Assembly (NCBI GenBank): GCA_043228905.1
Contig: JBHGNT010000013.1
Location: 8,308,001-8,372,000 of the forward strand
From: Azolla caroliniana
Taxonomy: Eukaryota > Plantae > Polypodiophyta
DNA: 64,000 nucleotides
Direction: 5' to 3'
Position 1 is the stretch's first letter. Each line of letters starts with the position of its first letter. Of the stretch, positions 46,000 to 61,086 are shown one piece after another. The notes beneath the pieces are model-generated. The model made no database searches and was not told the DNA's origin. It worked only from the letters and a program-made list of their open reading frames with translations. The position numbers were made by a program, and so were the translations under genes.

Positions 46000-48900
46000 G
46001 ACGTAATCGGCTGAAAACGAGACAACATACATGTCTTTCTACACTCGAACCTAGCGCGCAAGGCATCGATGCTCGACTAAGTTTTTTCTGTCATCTTTGT
46101 CTTTTCTTTCTTTTATCTTTTGATTTACAACATGACTTCTAGACGAAACCACAAGGAAACACATGAAGAAATTATAAGTAAGGAAGAATTTTTAGATGTC
46201 CTTAACCGTTTAGTTAAGATAGAAAAATGGGCGAAAGAGATTGAAGCTGAAAAACAAAAAGATAAGGAAGAAAAAGAAGTGCTTATTGCTGAAATAACGA
46301 AACTTAAAGTAGACAACATGAACCTTTAGAAACAAGTTAAGGACCTTGAGACATCTAGGGAAGATGGTGAAATATCTTCCCTAGAGGATATTAAGGACGA
46401 GATCAAAAAGGTTAAGGAAGAGGTTAAAAGTGATATGGAATTAGCAAAAACTGGGTGGGTTGAAGTAGTAAAACGTAATATTAAAAAGGAACTAAAGGAT
46501 GAAAATATTGTAAACACTACCCTTGAGGAGCTAAAAAAGCATCAAGATCGACGCCTAAATGTACGAGTTACTGGGCTCAAGGAAGGGACATCTCCTAACG
46601 AAGATGCACAAACATTAGGGAAAATGTTGGGGTACGAAGCCCTACCAATCACTAAAACTTGGAGGGTAGGACGTGACACCACCAGGAAAAGAGCTTTGGT
46701 CCTTCAGTTTAAGGACTCAGAATTTAGAATCACATTTTTTTAAAAGAGAACAATTCTTCGAGGATTGGGCGGGGACCCTATCTACCTTGATGAAGACCTG
46801 ACCAAGATGCAAATTGAGCATCGTAAAATGTGTATGCCGCGAGTCATACAAGCTCGTAAAGAGGGGCATCGTGCTTTTGACCGAGACGGGCGTGTGATAA
46901 TAAATGATCGCGTCGCCAATTGACGGCGTGTGGTCCATGTGACAAACAATAAACTTAGGATGACATCCATGTGGAACTGTAACGGTGCATTTTGGACACA
47001 CCCTGACCGCCTAGAGGAGATTTTGAAGGTATTTGACATACTTTTTTTTACTAGAAACACATTAGAGCCCAAATTGAGGACTGCCACGAGTTGATGGTTT
47101 TCGTTGGGAATCTATCTTTAGACAAACCTCACGTCGACATACTACTATAGGGTCTAGAGGGGTTGCGATACTATTTCAGAGAGAGATACAAAATAGGATA
47201 GAAATACTAAAGAAAGACCCAGAAGCCCGTTTTATGTGGGTGAAAGTCCTTAGTAGCAAGGATCAGGTGATATTTATCGTCATGTGTTATTTCCCCCCGA
47301 AAGGATACAGATATAATATGGCTGGAGAGGTGAGTATAGTTGATGAAGGAACGCCGCATGGGCCTTCTCCATACGAACCTTTATCAGATGACATAATCCA
47401 ATATTCTTCTTAAGGGGAAGTCTTCCTTGTAGGAAATTTCAATGCAAGAACCCAATCCTGACAATGCACAATATTTCAGATGGATAGAAACCTCGAAATG
47501 GTGAATGTCAACCCTTTAGACTTAGACATAATGCGTACTTCAAATGATCAAGGTGTAGAGGCCACAAGCTTTGGCCATCATCTGCTTGAACTTGGAAGCT
47601 AACACCAGATGATCATATATAATGGCTTAGCCAAGTGGCTGGGCTCGGAAGCACTCACATGTTTCCCACATGGAGGAGGGGAAAGCACAGTTGATTACCT
47701 AATAGGACTCCATGAAGCTACCCACATGGTTAACTCCTTCCAGGTGGCCCCATGCCCCATTGGTGCAGACCATAGATTCCTATACTTTGAGCTAAAATGC
47801 AACATCTCCCACGCCACCAACTCTAGTCAACCAAACTATCACACCACAATACATTTCACGCATGAGATCGCTGACATCTACTCTCGACATGTTCAAGCCC
47901 ATCTCTCCTCTTTTGATTCTTCTTTGCCTTTAGAGAACCTCACTACAGAACTTGCACACACCCTTCACTCAGCAGCAATTAATAGCTTCCCATACACGAA
48001 ACACTCCAATCATAGTAGAATAAGGTCTATGCCATAGAACAAGTGGTATGATGAGGATTGTAGAGATTTGTATAGACAACTTAAAGTTCGCGACTTAGTG
48101 GTACTATTTCCTCAGTACAGGCTCGAAAAGAGATGCGCAAGATGACATGTCATAAAAGACAACCTTGGGAATCATCCCAATATTGGGAACTCTACCATAT
48201 GCTCATGAGTAGGGATTGCACCCTTGCATGGAAGAGACTACCGGAACCGTAACCACAAACACCCATTGAGGATCCCAATATTTGGCACACATATATCGAG
48301 AGACTCTACCATGTCCCGAACCAACCACCCATCCCAATGCCTTCCACACCTCGACCTAACATGGGGACACTTTTCATGACCTCTAGGGTCACGAAGGTCA
48401 TAAAAAAATTACAACATAGGAAATCCATGGACCACATAGGATTGCGAGCCGATCACATCATATATACTCGAGAGTGCCTAGCCCCCTTTCTCACTCTAAT
48501 CTTCAACCGCACCCTTGCTGAGGGTTTTCCACCACAATGGACCATGAACACAGTGGCCCCTATACATAAAGGAGGGGACCCAATGGACCCAAATACATAT
48601 AGGACCATTATGATAGGCCATACGCTCGCTAAACTATATGGTGCGGTAATGGAAGCAGAGCTTAGCAATTATATGGAAACATTAAGTCTTCGAGCACCTG
48701 AGCAGGCTGGCTTTAGACGAGCCTTCTCCACTATTGACCATATCTTCACACTTAGGTGCTTAATTGACTAAACAAAGGTTTGTAGGAAGAAACTATATTG
48801 TTGCTTTGTGGACTTCCGCAAAGCCTTTGACACAGTTCCTAGGGAGAAGTTGTTTGATAGACTTAAGAGCTTGGAGGTACCAAATGACATGATCTGGGCC

Positions 48901-50860
48901 ATTTATGCCTTATATGAGCAAGCCTCTAGGTGTGTAAGATGCCCAGGTGGCCCATCCGATTGTTTCACTATCACCATTGGTATAAAATAGGGGGCCCCCC
49001 TATCACCGACTCTTTTTGGGATCTACATTGATGAGATCACTGATTTTATTGCTCGTAAGGGAAGCAAGGGAGTAGCTATTGGGGATACGCAAGTTAGTCT
49101 CTTACTCTACACAGACGACATTGTCTTGCTCGAGGAGTCGGAACATGACCTACAAAAGCATCTTAATGCCCTAGATGACTTTTGTACACAACGAGGACTG
49201 GTAGTGAATCTAGCGAAAACTAAAGTCCTTATCTTTCATACATTGTCTCGAGTTAGGAGTCAATGTCAGCTAATCCTCTCTCATAAACTAGTTGAGGTAG
49301 TTGGATCATATATATACTTGGGAGTCACTTTTAGTGCTCGCTCAAGTAAATTCTCGATGACCCGGGCTGCCAAAGATAGGCTAACGAGAGGGTATGCATC
49401 CCTCTCACTCTTAGAGAGACAATGCCACCAAGCATACTTTCAAGAGCCACGGACTAAGGAATGGCTCTTCGACTCATTAGTGACCCCTTCCCTCATGTAT
49501 GCATCGGTAGTATGGGCTCTAGGTCTACCATCTTTCATGTGGACGCAATTAGAGAGACCTTTGGTGACGATGTTATCACGTCGACTTCGAAGCAAATCGA
49601 CAATACCACATAGCATTATTAGAGCAGAGTTCAGTCTACCCCCGATGTTAGTAGAAGCACTGTTTCAAGTGGTAGTTTTTATTCATCGGATACATAGCCA
49701 ACCACAAGATAGGATATCTCGTCGAGCCTTTGAGGCATCTCGATCCCTACATGCGTATGGAGACACTAGCTCTTGGTATAGCAATGTGGTGAGTTGGTTA
49801 CTTGCAAACGGCATAGACATTAATAACCTACCCCCCCTTAAGTACAACCATGGGACTGACCAAACTCTAATATCTCATGAAGACCGTAATAAAGTGATAT
49901 GCCAAGAAATATGGCAAATTTACAGCTGATATAAATGGATCACCCCACGAGGGCCACTCCCATCTAAAATGTTGTACTATAAGGAACACTTCTTGTACTT
50001 CTCTTAGTTAGGTTTTATTACACGACCAAGATATCCAGATACATTCTTATCAAATGCACTAAGGGTTGCCATTGGACAACTTAGGATATCATCTCACCAA
50101 CTTGAGATTGAGAGTGGTCGGGCTAATAGAGTCCCTAGGGAGGAAAGGCTATGTAGGTTGTGCCACATAGAGATAGAGGATGAGTATCACTTCACATGCA
50201 AGTGCCCAACTTATGCTAAGATACGAGTGGAATACCAAGACATATTAGGACCCTCTCCCACCCTCTCCAAACTATTAGATACCCCGGATGTAAAGAGACT
50301 AGGTAGGTATATCTTAGAGCTAAAACAACATAGGGAGAAAAAATTACAAAGTGTTAACCATAACCCGTTTACTATTCATAAACTTGTAACTAGTGTAATT
50401 TTTCAGGAACAAGGGGAGATAATGAATGTGGATACACTTACGGCATTCAGCCTCTCTCTTGACGAAGCCGAAACGCAAAGAACAACCAAACGCCCTTGGA
50501 TGTTGGGTTTCAAAACAAGTCGACACAAAGTAGAAAGGATTAAGAAGATAAGGTAATGTGAGCTACGTCGACTAGAAGCTATGGTTGGGGTACCTTTTAC
50601 ATTGGGGCCACGGGCCACATCCACCTCAAAACCCTTTGACCTCCCGCTTCTCTTCAAGAGACTTGGATGGAAATGAAATTAGGCCTAGTATACATCATTT
50701 TCATTGTAGAACATGTTTGTTATTTTATTTTACTAGAACTATTTAGCTTAAAACTCTATTTTTATTTTTACTTTCGATGAATGGGTAAATATCCCATTTT
50801 TGTTGTAAACCATTTGTCTCACGGGCCAATTTTGGTCTTAGAAGACATTAATATAGGCAA
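46000..50860 (+). mobile_element. Near-full-length degenerate LINE (RTEX-like): ORF1 and ORF2 (APE endonuclease, RT, CCHC)
   Basis: ORF1 46134-46923 has a coiled coil, NVRVTGLKE and IYLDEDLT. ORF2 has WNCNG, STVDY, ADH, EQAGFR, DFRKAFD, PLSPTLF, YTDD and RLCRLC..EDEYH..C. 3' stem-loop at 50816-50846. The 5' end is approximate and no TSD was found. Confidence 0.92.
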
Positions 50861-50889
50861 CTTTTTTTTTCCCCAAAAGAAAAATTTAT

Positions 50890-51749
50890 AGGTAGCTAAT
50901 TAGGTACTGTGGTAGCTAAATAGCTATGAATGGTAGCTAGTTAGTTATTCTAGTAGCTATATAGCTATGTTCGATATACTATGGTAGTAGCTAATTAGCT
51001 AAGTGTTAGCTAATTAGCTACTTAGCTACTTAGCTACTTAGCTACTACCATAGTTTAGTACAATAGCTAAATAGTTAAGTGGTAGATAATTAGCTACTAC
51101 GATACTTTAGTTATAGTGGCTAATTATCTAGTACCATACTTTAGTTGAGTCACTAATTAGCTAACTAGTAGCTAATTAGCTACTACCATACTTCAGTTGA
51201 GTAGCTAATTAGCTAAGTGGTAGCTATTTAGCTACTACCATACTTTAGCTGAGTAGCTAATTAGCTAAGTGGTAGCTAATTAGTTACTACCATACTTTAG
51301 TTATAGTGGCTAATTAGCTACTACCATACTTTAGTTATAGTGGCTAATTAGCTACTACCATACTTTAGCTGAGTCGCTAATTAGCTAACTAGTAACTAAT
51401 TAGCTACTACCATACTTCAACTGAGTAGCTAATTAGCTAAGTGGTAGCTAATTAGCTACTACCATACTTTAGCTGAGTAGCTAATTAGCTAACTAGTAAC
51501 TAATTAGCTACTACCATACTTCAGTTGAGTAGCTAATTAGCTACTACCATACTTTAGCTGAGTAGCTAATTAGCTACTACCATACTTCAGTTGAGTAGCT
51601 AATTAGCTACTACCATACTTTAGCTGAGTAGCTAATTAGCTAGTATCATACTTTAGCTGAGTAGCTAATTAGCTAGTACCATACTTTAGCTGAGTAGCTA
51701 ACTAGCTACTACTATACTTTAGTTAGAGTGGCTTATTAGCTACTACTAT
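50890..51749. repeat. TAGCTAATTAGCTA satellite array (continues at 58507-58657 and 59443-59880)
   Basis: Same units. Confidence 0.95.
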
Positions 51750-54700
51750 TGTTATGGGCATGACCATATAATATCCCGTGGTGAGAATTTACCGTAGTAT
51801 TCTATACACGTGGATAAGTGTGAGGGTTAAACGAGAGTGTAAAGAAGGGGAGGATTACTTTTAATCCTCAGGATTGAGACAACCCATGAGGTCAAGTGTG
51901 AACTTGCTTGGGGGCCTTGGGTATCGCTATAAATAAGAGGCCTAGCTACCCTCATTTGGGAATCTTTTGACTACATCGAGACTTTGCTCTTGTGGTGGGT
52001 CAACTCTTGTAGCGAGTGCGCCAGCACCAGGTACGACTCAACGCCACGGCTGTGGTATGGGACGCCGATCGAGGCTCGAGTCCGTCTCGATCCCTTCGCT
52101 CGGGGGTGGTCGGGTGGATCGGCACCCTTCTTTCTCTTTCTCCTTTCTATCTATCATTAGTTTATCCTTATCTTAAGCTTACTTTAGTACCAAGATCTCT
52201 AATATTTGGTATCAGAGCTATGTACTAATGTTTCTTTGTTTGTCTTTTGTCTTTTGATTGATGGTGATCGATTGATGTGCGGTCGGCCTTGATCCAGACA
52301 ACGATCAACAAAGAACTTCGGTAACTCTTTCCATAATTTTTTCTTCTATTCTCTCTTCTCCCATTTAATCATGTGTTTAGTTTATATGTCATTTTTTTTC
52401 ATTAAGTCAATGATGTTGTAGTGGTCTTTAATTGATTATCTAAAACGTTTACATATGTGCACGAGGTCAATACCTCGTTTGACATATAAATAATATGTGA
52501 TGAGTGTCGTATGCGTACGAGGTTAATACCTCAATTACATATTACGTTCACGAACATATGTTTTGTTTGCGTATGAGTTTAATACCTTGATTTATTGTAA
52601 AGGATATGTGTTTGGTCTTGTATGCGTAAGAGGTCAATACCTCAATTGCGTATTACGATGATCTCTTATTTGTGGATGTTTCATGTGCGTAGAGGTATAT
52701 ACCTCGATTACATATCTCGATCACATCACTTGTGGCTATTTAATATAATGATATGTTTAATATAGGCATATGTGGTTACGTATATACGTGTTTGATCGTA
52801 TATATGTGATAAGTAAACATATGTGTATATTCGTTATTACGTGATTATATCGAAAGTTGTCCTTGTCGGGAAAAGGATGTCGGTGGCCGTCCTCACATTT
52901 TTGTGAGAATGGCGTTATCACCATCCCTTTTTCAACAATTTTTTCTTGTTCACAACCCCGTTGATGACCTCGATTTCGTTATGTAAAGAAACGCCTATAG
53001 CCATAATGATGTTGAGTACGTAGGGCTTGACCCACTTCAAGTGAGGTCGCTCCAATGACACATGTATCCAACATCCCTCCCTCGTTACATGGATACGATG
53101 CCACCATGAGCTCGTTCTTACGAGAGGCATTCGTAATGACGTGACCATGTGATGGGCCACGTGGGCCTACTACGAAACGAGGGCTCATTTGGCTTGACCA
53201 TTAGGTTCCACTTTGGCGTATGCCATCGTAATTACGAGACTTGAGGTTAGGTAACGTACCAACATAGTTTTGGTAAATGAGGGCGAAATAAGGACCCTTG
53301 ACATATATGTTCTTTTAAAAAAAACATATATGATCAAATGCCTCGCATATCTCTTATGACCAAGACCATACAACATCCTTGATACATATGACTATAACAC
53401 ATGTTTAGACTTAAGGTCTAAGTGCACCTAGGGGTACTCATAATAGGACTTAAAGAGCCGAAACCACATATGTGGGCACCGAAACATAGTTTATTGTTAA
53501 CATTTTTTTCGTGTATAAACTATTCATGACGCGAACATACATGGTTGAGCCTTGGGGAGCCACCATGAAAAAATCGATATAGAGATCAGGGAAAGACATT
53601 TATTTGTCACCCCCATGGTTTTTAAAACACCTTTGTGTCACCATAGTAACTTGATCTTGAACCTCATCTCCTACGTCTAGAGGGGTATTGACGTGAGATC
53701 ATGATATCGATTAATGTTTGCCCATGATATGTTTACATCACGACATGATGTTATGACTATCTCTCTGACCTTATCCTATTTCTTTTCCAGAAATAATCTT
53801 TAATGGCTCAAATTAACGACCCGATGTCATCCGCTCAAGCGGAAGGAACTCAAGGGAATCCTCCTGGACAAATGTCCACTGAGATGTATTTGGCACAAAT
53901 AACCCAATACCTTAGTTTCGCCGCTCAACAGATGACCGAACTTCGGCAATCTCAAAGTGCTCTCGAGGCACGTGTCATTAGTCTACAACGTGAGACTAAT
54001 AGACCTAATGAGTGACAGGGTGAACCATCGTTTGTCGTTAAGCCATTTACGGGAGACAAAAAGGAAAGAATCGAAGAAGCAATCTGCACGTGGCTGGGCC
54101 GATGGGAGTCTCATTTTGAGCTCTATCCCACGCCAGATAGTACGAAGATTGCATATGTCGACCGAGAACTCGGGGGTAAGGCCGCCGCCTGGTGGCGTGG
54201 CCTCCGTACTATGGGGAAATTGCCCGATACCTGGACAGATTTTGTCACGGTTTTTAAGGGCCAATTTCTGCAACCTCCCTCTCGAACCGAGGCAGCACAA
54301 GCTTTAATGAACCTCTCTAGCAGGAAATTTTCCTCTCTAGAAGACTATGTTCACCATTATAGAACCCAAATCCAAAAATCGGGTCTAGAAGGGGACAATT
54401 GGTTGATAGCTTGTTTTGTCAATGGCATCCCCAATTCGGACTAACACTGGATAGTGCACGATAAGGATCCAAAATCCTTCGAAGAGGCCGTTGAAATAGT
54501 TCTTCGCTATCAACGCTCTTCGAAGGACCACAACAAACCCAACGAAGCGCCCGGGACTAAGCAATCGCAATTTGTTAGGAAACGCAAGACACCCAATGAA
54601 TTCCTGGATCACGATTGTAAGCGACAACATCCTTTTTGCGTATTCTGCAAAAAGAAGGGTCATACAAAAGATCAATGTCAAAAGCTCCAATGGAAAGAGC

Positions 54701-57700
54701 ACGACAACAAAGCTAAAGCTGCAGACCATAAAGGTCAGATTCCTAATATCCTTCAGGTCTATACACATCATTTAAGTAATTGTCAATGTTCTTTCCCTCA
54801 CTATGTATTGGGTCCCAATGATTTACTACGTGCAAACGGGTATATCAATGGATCTCCCATACAATTTTTATTTGATTCGGGAAGCTCACACAATTTTGTG
54901 AATGATCGTTTGGTTCAGATATGGGGAATCCAACCCATCGTAAGTGATCACACGTACACAGTGCACTTGGCTGATGGAAGAGTACAATACATCAACGGGG
55001 CGATTCATTCATTAGGAATTTCTATTGATACTTATATAGAGGAAGTAGACTTCCATGTAATGAATTTCTGTACCACCGATGTAATACTGGGTTATCCCTG
55101 GTTCTATAATAAAAGCTCTTCTTTATCTATTGATTGGGTTCATCATTCAATTACATTTTTACTGAACAACTGTACTCATTTTATTCAATGTGTAAAAAAA
55201 CAATCCCTCTCGATTGTTTCCTCATGTCCATCAATATCCGAGTTGTCTTGTTCTACTCTATTTTATTGTGTACTTGATCCGGACATTCACGTTTATAATA
55301 TCGATAATGTCTTGGTTCAATTAACATATTTTAAATGATTTTCGTGATGTTTTTCCAAGTGAACTACCAGATGGCTTACCTCCTAAATGTAATATAGACC
55401 ATCGTATAGATATTGTACCTGGTGTTGCACCAATAAGTATAACTCCTTATCGCTTAAGTCGATCCGAAGAGGATGAGGTATCTAAGCAACTCAAGGACTA
55501 TTTACGAATGGGTTATATACATTATAGTAAATCTCCATGGGGTGCACCAGTTCTCTTGGTAAAAAAGAAAGAGGGCACATGGCGTATGTGTATTAATTAC
55601 CGACGCTCGAATAAAGTGACGATCAAGAATTCGTACCCATTGCCCCGAGCTGACGATCTAATTGACCGTCTCCAAGGAGCTCGGTATTTTGCGAAACTTG
55701 ATCTCCGTACTGGCTACCATCAAATACGAATAAGTGAGGACGATGTTCCTAAAATGGCATTTCGTACGCGCTATGGCCATTACAAGTTTTTGGTTATGCC
55801 TTTTGGTTTGACCAATGCTCCGGCTACTTTTCAACAAGAAATGAATGACATTTTCCGAGAACAACTTAGAAAATTTGTCGTTATTTTCTTGGATGATATT
55901 TTAGTTTATAGCCGTACATTACAAGAACATGCTAGACATGTCCGCTTTGTTTTACAAACATTGCCTGACAAACAGTTTTATGCGAAGATCTCAAAATGTG
56001 AGTTCTTCAAGAAATCAATTACTTATCTTGGACATCTCATAACCGAACGAGGAGTTGAAATTGATCCTTCTTGCATGGAGAAAATCAAGCTTTGGCCCAC
56101 TCTTCGGAATATTCGAGAAGTTCGATCATTCCTTGGTTTTGTCAGGTTTTTGCGAAAGTCTCTTCGTAATTACTCCCAATTGACGACGCCGTTTATTGAT
56201 CTTTTAAAAGGTCAAATGCGTAAGTCTACAAAACCTATTGTGTGGAATGCTACAGTAGACCACATCTTTAAGGAACTCAAGGACCTGGTTTGCAAGGCTC
56301 CTTCACTTCTTTTACTTGATCCTTCAAAACCTTTTGAGGTTGAAACCGATGCAAACGATTATGCTATAGGTGCTGTCTTACATCAAGATGGTAAACCAAT
56401 AGCATTCGAGAGTAAGAAACTTGATTTTGCTCAATGTTAGTATACTGTTCAAGAAAAGGAATTATTTGTAGTTATACATGCGCTCAAAACATGGCGCCAT
56501 TATCTTTATGGAAATCGCTTTGTGGTAACTACGGACCACGAGTCCTTGAAATATTTTTGTGACCAACAAGACCTGAAAGGTCGTAAGGCATGATGGGCTG
56601 ATCTCATCCAGGACTTTGATTTTTCCATACAATATCGTAAAGGTTCCATGAACACTGTCTCTAATGCACTAAATCGCATCCGTGAAGTTAACATGCTTAG
56701 CTTCACTGAAATAACATCAGATCTTTATGATCACCTTCGAGGAAAGTATCCTGATGACAGTTATTTTGCAAAATATTGGGCAAGAGTTGAGTTTGGAACA
56801 GACACCACCACATCCTCGAAGGAATACTTCCACATTGCTAACGGTTTGCTCTACTGTAATGGGAAGGTTTGTGTTCCAGATTTACCCGAGGTCAAAAAGA
56901 GGATTCTTTTTGAATGCCATGATGCACCCTCAACAGGGCACCCTGTAATACATCGTACACTCGTTCTCATCTCCACTCAATTTTATTGGCCTAAGATGTG
57001 TCCTGACATACATAGCTATGTGACTAAATGTCACTAGTGTCAGGTTAACAAAGCCGAGCGACTTAAAGCCGCGGGACTTTTACATCCCTTGGACATTCCC
57101 AATAATAAGTGGGAAAGTATATCCATGGATTTTATTGTTAGCCTTCCTCGCACCCAAAAAGGTCATGATGCCATCTGGGTTGTCGTTGATTGACTAACTA
57201 AAATGGCCATATTTATTGTTACTAAAACCACGGTAACAACTCCTGAATTGGCTTACCAATTCGTTTTTATGGATTGCCGTTGGATATCATGAGTGATTGA
57301 GATCCAAAGTTTACTAGTGACTTCTGGATGCAAGTCTTTAAGAAGTTAGAAACTACGTTGAGCATGAGCTCCACGGATCATCCTCAATCCGATGGACAGA
57401 TAGAACGAGTAAATCAAATTATTGAGGACATGCTTCGAGCATACGTTGGTGCAAAACCAACAAAATGGGAACGTTATCTCCCAATTTTGGAGTTTGCATA
57501 TAACAACTCCAAGCATACGTCGACAAGATATAGTCCTTTTATATTGATGTATGGTTTTCAGCCACAAGCCCCGATTGATGTTAATATACATCATGATGAG
57601 TTGCAAAGTATGCAAAACTTTCTTCGGGATATGCAAGATGTGTTGCATATTGCATGAGATAATATAAAAACAGCTCAAGATAGAGCGCGTTTTTATGCCG

Positions 57701-58506
57701 ACCATCATAGGCAACCTCGTGTATTCACCCCTGGACAGAAGGTATTTTTGCGTGTACCTCACAATTTAAGACATTGTCTACGGGTAAGTGCGCTAAGTTA
57801 GCCCCACGGTTTTGTGGACCTTTTACAGTCCTCAAACGCATTGGGTCATCAACCTATCGTCTCGCTCTTCCCGATGGTGTCAGAATTCATCCAGTCTTTC
57901 ATGTGAGTCGTCTAAAAGAACTTCTAGGTTCTGGCAACAATAAAGTTACAACTGAAACTCTGGGTACTTCTGAAGAATTATCTTCTAAACCACATGTACC
58001 AAAAAGAATTCTCGATGTTAAAACAAAAAAATTACGTACTAAAGAAATCCGAGAATTTAAAATAAAATGGATGGATAAATCAATAAAAGATGCCACATGG
58101 GAACGCGAAAATACTCTTAGAACTAACTTCCCTAACTTTCCATTGCAAGAGTGCAATGTTTTAAAGAGCTCAGGATTGAGACAACCCATGAGGTCAAGTG
58201 TGAACTTGCCTGGGGGCCTTGGGTATCACTATAAATAAGAGGCCTAGCTACCCTCATTTGGGAATCTTTTGACTACATCGAGACTCTGCTCTTGTGGTGG
58301 GTCAACTCTTGTAGCGAGCACGCCAGCACTAGGTACGACTCGACGCCACGGCGGTGGTATGGGACGCCGATCGAGGCTCGAGTCCGTCTCAATCCCTTCG
58401 CTCGGGGGTGGTCGGGTGGATCGACACCCTTCTTTCTCTTTCTCCTTTCTATCTATCATTAGTTTATCCTTATCTTAAGCTTACTTTAGTACCAAGATCT
58501 CTAATA
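51750..58506 (+). mobile_element. Ty3/Gypsy chromovirus; TSD ACTAT; PPT and 5' part of the 3' LTR deleted
   Basis: 5' LTR 51750-52204, PBS TGGTATCAGAGC, gag from 53803, CVFCKKKGHTKDQC, FDSGS protease, RT FLDD, RH, integrase, GPF motif, chromodomain PKRILD..IKW..DATWE. 3' LTR 58169-58506. ACTAT on both sides. Confidence 0.96.
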
Positions 58507-58657
58507 ACTATACTTTAGCTGAGTTGCTAATTAGCTAATCGATAGCTAATTAGCTACTAGCATACTTCAACTGAGGAGCTACTTAGCTAAGTGGCAGCTA
58601 ATTAGCTACTACCATACTTTAGTTGAGTAGCTAATTAGCTAAGTGGTAGCTAATTAG

Positions 58658-59442
58658 TGTGAAAGTGTTTTTAGAATCTAAGCCATTGTACATTAGAATA
58701 ATATAAAGTATGGATAATTCACATTTGGAGGCTAAGAATACGAACCAAGACCTTAGGAAGAAGTCAAAAGTAAAAGTAAGAGACCAAGAGAAAAGTAAAA
58801 AGAGAAAAAGGGGACCATAAAAAATATTAAAAAAGGAATGGTCATAACTCCTTCGTTTTTCACCCAAATATTATGTTTAAATATGGGTTAGAAAGGTTGT
58901 AAAGAGACCTATCTATAACATTTTAAATCACTAAATGTGGAGCTTTGATGAGGGAGATATGACGATTAGAAGGTCGCTGGGTCTTAGCTAAAATAGGAGA
59001 TAAAAAGCTTCTAAAAATAGCGTGAACGAGGAGGAAGAAGAAAATTATAATAAAGGAGGGGGATTAGGCAGAAGAAGAGGAAGAAGGGTCTTAGTGGAAG
59101 GAGGGGATCATAATAGAGGAGGAGGACGATTAGGAAGAAGGGTCTTAGTGGAAGAGGAAGGGTCTTAATTGTGGGTTTGAGTGATTGGTAGTAAGAAGGT
59201 CCTTGGTTTCTTAGATGAATGTGGAGTTTATCTCCTTTGTATTGTCTTGATATTGGAATATCATAACAATCTTATCTCTTTCTCATCTTCTCTATCTTTT
59301 TTCTTAATTTCTTGAGTCTCTCTCTCTCTAATTCGTAGATACCATGATCTATATAATATATTATGAGTCACAATTCGATCTAACCGGTTTGGTCAAGCCC
59401 TCATATAGTGTAAGATTACCCTTTGTCTTAAACACCCTATCA
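58658..59442 (+). mobile_element. Solo LTR of the Tat-like Gypsy (785 bp); TSD ATTAG
   Basis: Homologous to 10484-11266; ATTAG on both sides. Confidence 0.95.
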
Positions 59443-59926
59443 ATTAGCTACTACCATAGTTTAATACAGTATCTAATTAGCTAAATGGTAGCTAATTAGC
59501 TATTACCATAGTTTAATACAGTAGCTAATTAGCTACTACCATAGTTTAGTACAGTAGCTATTCCAGGAGGGGATTAGAAATTTGGGTAGCTAATTAGCTA
59601 TAGTCATAAGCAGCTAATTAGCTATAGTCATAAGCAGCTAATTAGCTATAGTCATAAGCAGCTAATTAGCTATTGTTATAGGCAACTAATTAGGTGTTGT
59701 GGTAGCTAAATAGCTATGAATGGTAGCTAATTAGTTATTCTAGTAGCTAAATAACTATGTTCGATATACTTAGGGAGCTAATTAGCTATTACTGGTAACT
59801 AGTTAGTTATGGTCATATTCTGAGGTAGGTAATTAGCTATTCGGGTATGGTCATATTCAGAGGTAGCTAATAAGCTAACTAACCAAGCTCAAAAGTCAAA
59901 ACAAATGTAGAGATAAATGTAAATAC

Positions 59927-60683
59927 CTGAGGTACATCCAGAAGATGAATGGGATGCTCCTCGAATTGACTCCTTCCAACACGTTTCCTACATAAATCCT
60001 TCTTATTGGGTGAAACCCTACTCTCATTAGTCCAAAATATTGTGATTATATTCTTGATTTCTGTTGTTATGGGTGTCATTGGCTTACATCTTGTTGTTAG
60101 CTTTAGCATACTAGTTCCTTCACCCGAGGAAACTATCCGATTCAATGTATTGTACACACTTTTTCTACTAACACCAATTACCTTAGATAGCACACCGATG
60201 TTAATATCGTCAACATCACTATTAAGTAACATCATTAGAGTAGACCTGTTTAAGACAAGATTATCTTCTGACCTGCTCATGGATACGAAACTATTACGAA
60301 GATTATTTACCAATAGAGATGTTATGTTTGCATTAAGACCATCACAATCAACTAACTCCTTTATCGATGGATCATTTAATATTCCATAGAGTACTACCTT
60401 CTTTTCTTCATTGCTGATGTGCTTGGTTTGAACATTGCAATAGTCTACAACCTTTCTCTCTATGATAGTAGTCTCATTACTTCCATTCTCATTGATATTT
60501 AAACCTATATCCCAACCAATACTATCTTTACCTTTAGTGAGTGTGGCTTTCGTATCCTTCAACAATTGTCAAAAAAAAATTTTCTGTCCAATACTTTCGT
60601 ATTGCTTCTTGTGTCCTGATAGCGTCATCCCTATCCTGATGATCATTGAGGGGTAATTCTAAACACCCTCCTTCCCCTTCCAT
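59927..60683 (-). pseudogene. Duplicate of the Sola2 transposase exon 1
   Basis: 228-aa ORF 59879-60565 is nearly identical to 33590-34276. Confidence 0.75.
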
Positions 60684-61086
60684 TTGGCTTGACGGGTTTA
60701 AACCCTAATTTTCCTGAAAAAAAGACACGTATTAAAGATGGCTATGGGCAACAACAATACACAAAAATATTCCGCAATACACAAGATTATACACAACAAT
60801 ACACAAGATAATTAATAGACAGAATAGTTATTCAAATCCAAGACCGAACAATGGCGGTAATCCAGGGGCGGCAGTGGAGGAGTGAACTCTGTTTGATCGA
60901 ACAGTTTTGACAATCTAGGACCAAACAATGACGGCAACTGAGTGTAGAATGATGGCAATGGAGGAGTGAATTCCGTCGGATCGAATAGTGGCAGATGATC
61001 TCATAAGTTTCATCAATTTTTTTTTAAAATGAAATATTATTTCTTGTTTGGTTTTCTTACTTTTGTATGTGTGATTGTTTATTTAC

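Noticed and set aside
52455-52710. CRISPR-like repeat-spacer array
   Set aside because: Repeats are short (14 bp) and degenerate, spacers share similarity, there are no cas genes, and it lies in a eukaryotic retrotransposon leader.
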